Below are positions 26,978 through 28,035 of a stretch of DNA of 28,035 bases, in pieces (position 1 is the stretch's first letter; the number at the start of each line of letters is the position of its first letter). Source of the DNA: a virus (lineage: Duplodnaviria; Caudoviricetes); the IMG/VR virus record IMGVR_UViG_3300043414_000322, positions 1 through 28,035 of that record; one strand, written 5' to 3'. The notes beneath the pieces are model-generated. The model was not told the DNA's origin. It did no database searches and saw only the letters and a program-made list of their open reading frames with translations. The position numbers and the translations under genes are program-made.

Positions 26978-28035
26978 ATGGCTGATCCAAAAAGTGGTGT
27001 TGGTGCATTGGGAAGCTACCCCTCTTTTGATTTTTCTGTTCCAAAAGATCAGATGATTAATACTGCTGGTCTTCCATTGGAAGAACAAGAAGAAATTATC
27101 AAGGCAAGATACGAGGCTCTTAATTCTCTTGAACAGCGTTACGCTCAACCGAATTGGTATAAGGTGTCCGCTGGTTTTTTAAAGCCACAATTGGGTGGTT
27201 TTAGTGCATCTCTTGGTTCTGCATTTAATGCCTTGGGTGAGAATGTTGAGCAACAACGTGCTCTTGCACCTACGATTGCTGTTGAGCGAGCAAGATTAGG
27301 GCAAATGGGATCCATGATGAAAAAGAGCGAGCGCGCTTCAAACGTGGTTGCTGAATTGGTTGGTCTTGGCCCCGACGCTGGAAGACAACTTGGCGGTAGA
27401 CTGAAAAATGCATCGTCTCTTATTACTCCAGAAAATGTAAAAAACATTCCTAGCGCAATTGCGCAATTGCAAGCAATTGGAGAAGTTGACAAGGCCGCAG
27501 CACTTAAATCTGCATTGGATGCATTTAATTCAGGAACTGCAACTCAAGCAACACTAGTATCGACAAACGCTGCAATAAATAAAAGTGAGCGTGAAGATCC
27601 AGCTTTGAATTTGCAAAAATTGCTAGATACTTCTGCGGGAAAACCACCAGAAGAAATTGAAAAAATACTAAAAGGTATTGATGCAGAAAGACCACCACAA
27701 ACTGAGCCTAGCTTGTGGGCAACTATGTCTCGTGATGCAAAGATGCAAGCGCAAGTTAATTATCAACAGAAACAACAAGAAATTGGACTTAACGAAGAAC
27801 AAATAGCAAATAAGCAAGCCGCTTCAGCAGATGTTCGCATTCCTTTGTTGACTAACATTCGTCTCCTTGCCCTTGGTGTTGATATTCCTGAAATAACAAA
27901 TTCCAGAGGCGAAAAAGTTAATGGCCAACAACAGATGGCTGGGTTACTTAATTATTTTGGTGGAAACAATCCATCAGAGGTTATTGCTCGTGCTGCGGCA
28001 GATGGAAAATTTGGTGAACTTTTAGCTGATCTAGA
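26978..28035 (+). CDS. probable internal virion protein (partial, runs off the window)
   Basis: Not in the ORF track. AAGGA SD; MADPKSGVGALGSYPSFDF...LEQRYAQPNWYKVSAGFLKPQLGGF...; no stop up to the window end. Confidence 0.7.
   Translation, partial: MADPKSGVGALGSYPSFDFSVPKDQMINTAGLPLEEQEEIIKARYEALNSLEQRYAQPNWYKVSAGFLKPQLGGFSASLGSAFNALGENVEQQRALAPTIAVERARLGQMGSMMKKSERASNVVAELVGLGPDAGRQLGGRLKNASSLITPENVKNIPSAIAQLQAIGEVDKAAALKSALDAFNSGTATQATLVSTNAAINKSEREDPALNLQKLLDTSAGKPPEEIEKILKGIDAERPPQTEPSLWATMSRDAKMQAQVNYQQKQQEIGLNEEQIANKQAASADVRIPLLTNIRLLALGVDIPEITNSRGEKVNGQQQMAGLLNYFGGNNPSEVIARAAADGKFGELLADL

Noticed and set aside
599-27492. Numerous minus-strand and alternative-frame ORFs in the ORF track
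   Set aside because: They lie within well-supported + strand genes and mirror low-complexity codon use (for example the Cys/Leu-rich antisense ORFs at 7798-8258 and 23138-24420); no independent motifs seen.
1-28035. Alternative genetic code, tRNA or rRNA genes
   Set aside because: Genes tile the window under the standard code with TAA, TGA and TAG all used as stops; intergenic gaps are short and show no cloverleaf.

Overview
This window is the virion morphogenesis region of a tailed dsDNA bacteriophage, with all credible genes on the + strand. The gene layout suggests a podovirus-like particle with internal ejection proteins; the host cannot be determined from this window. In order it contains: the 3' end of a probable portal gene, two small genes, a GroES-like co-chaperonin, a scaffold, a probable capsid-decoration protein, the major capsid protein and a terminator. 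Next come a Thr/Gly-rich structural protein, a Lys/Met/Gly-rich protein built from repeated [MYF]-x-x-GG units, and a run of six otherwise unrelated small genes that all end in TGG-TAA and mostly share a basic 'xxGG...W' C-terminal tag. These are followed by an adaptor-like gene, two tail fibre/adhesin genes with a cupin between them, and a membrane-protein-rich lysis cassette with an M15 peptidase endolysin. The window ends with head-tail and tail proteins (one frameshifted), a GNAT-like gene and three probable ejection proteins, the last truncated. The best candidate for an undescribed system is the GG/Trp-tagged gene array, possibly a head-cargo targeting or processing system. Second is a 1646-aa ejection protein combining a TolA-like stalk, two TonB-box-like motifs and a Pro-rich linker. 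All product calls come from motif recall and gene order; no database searches were run.
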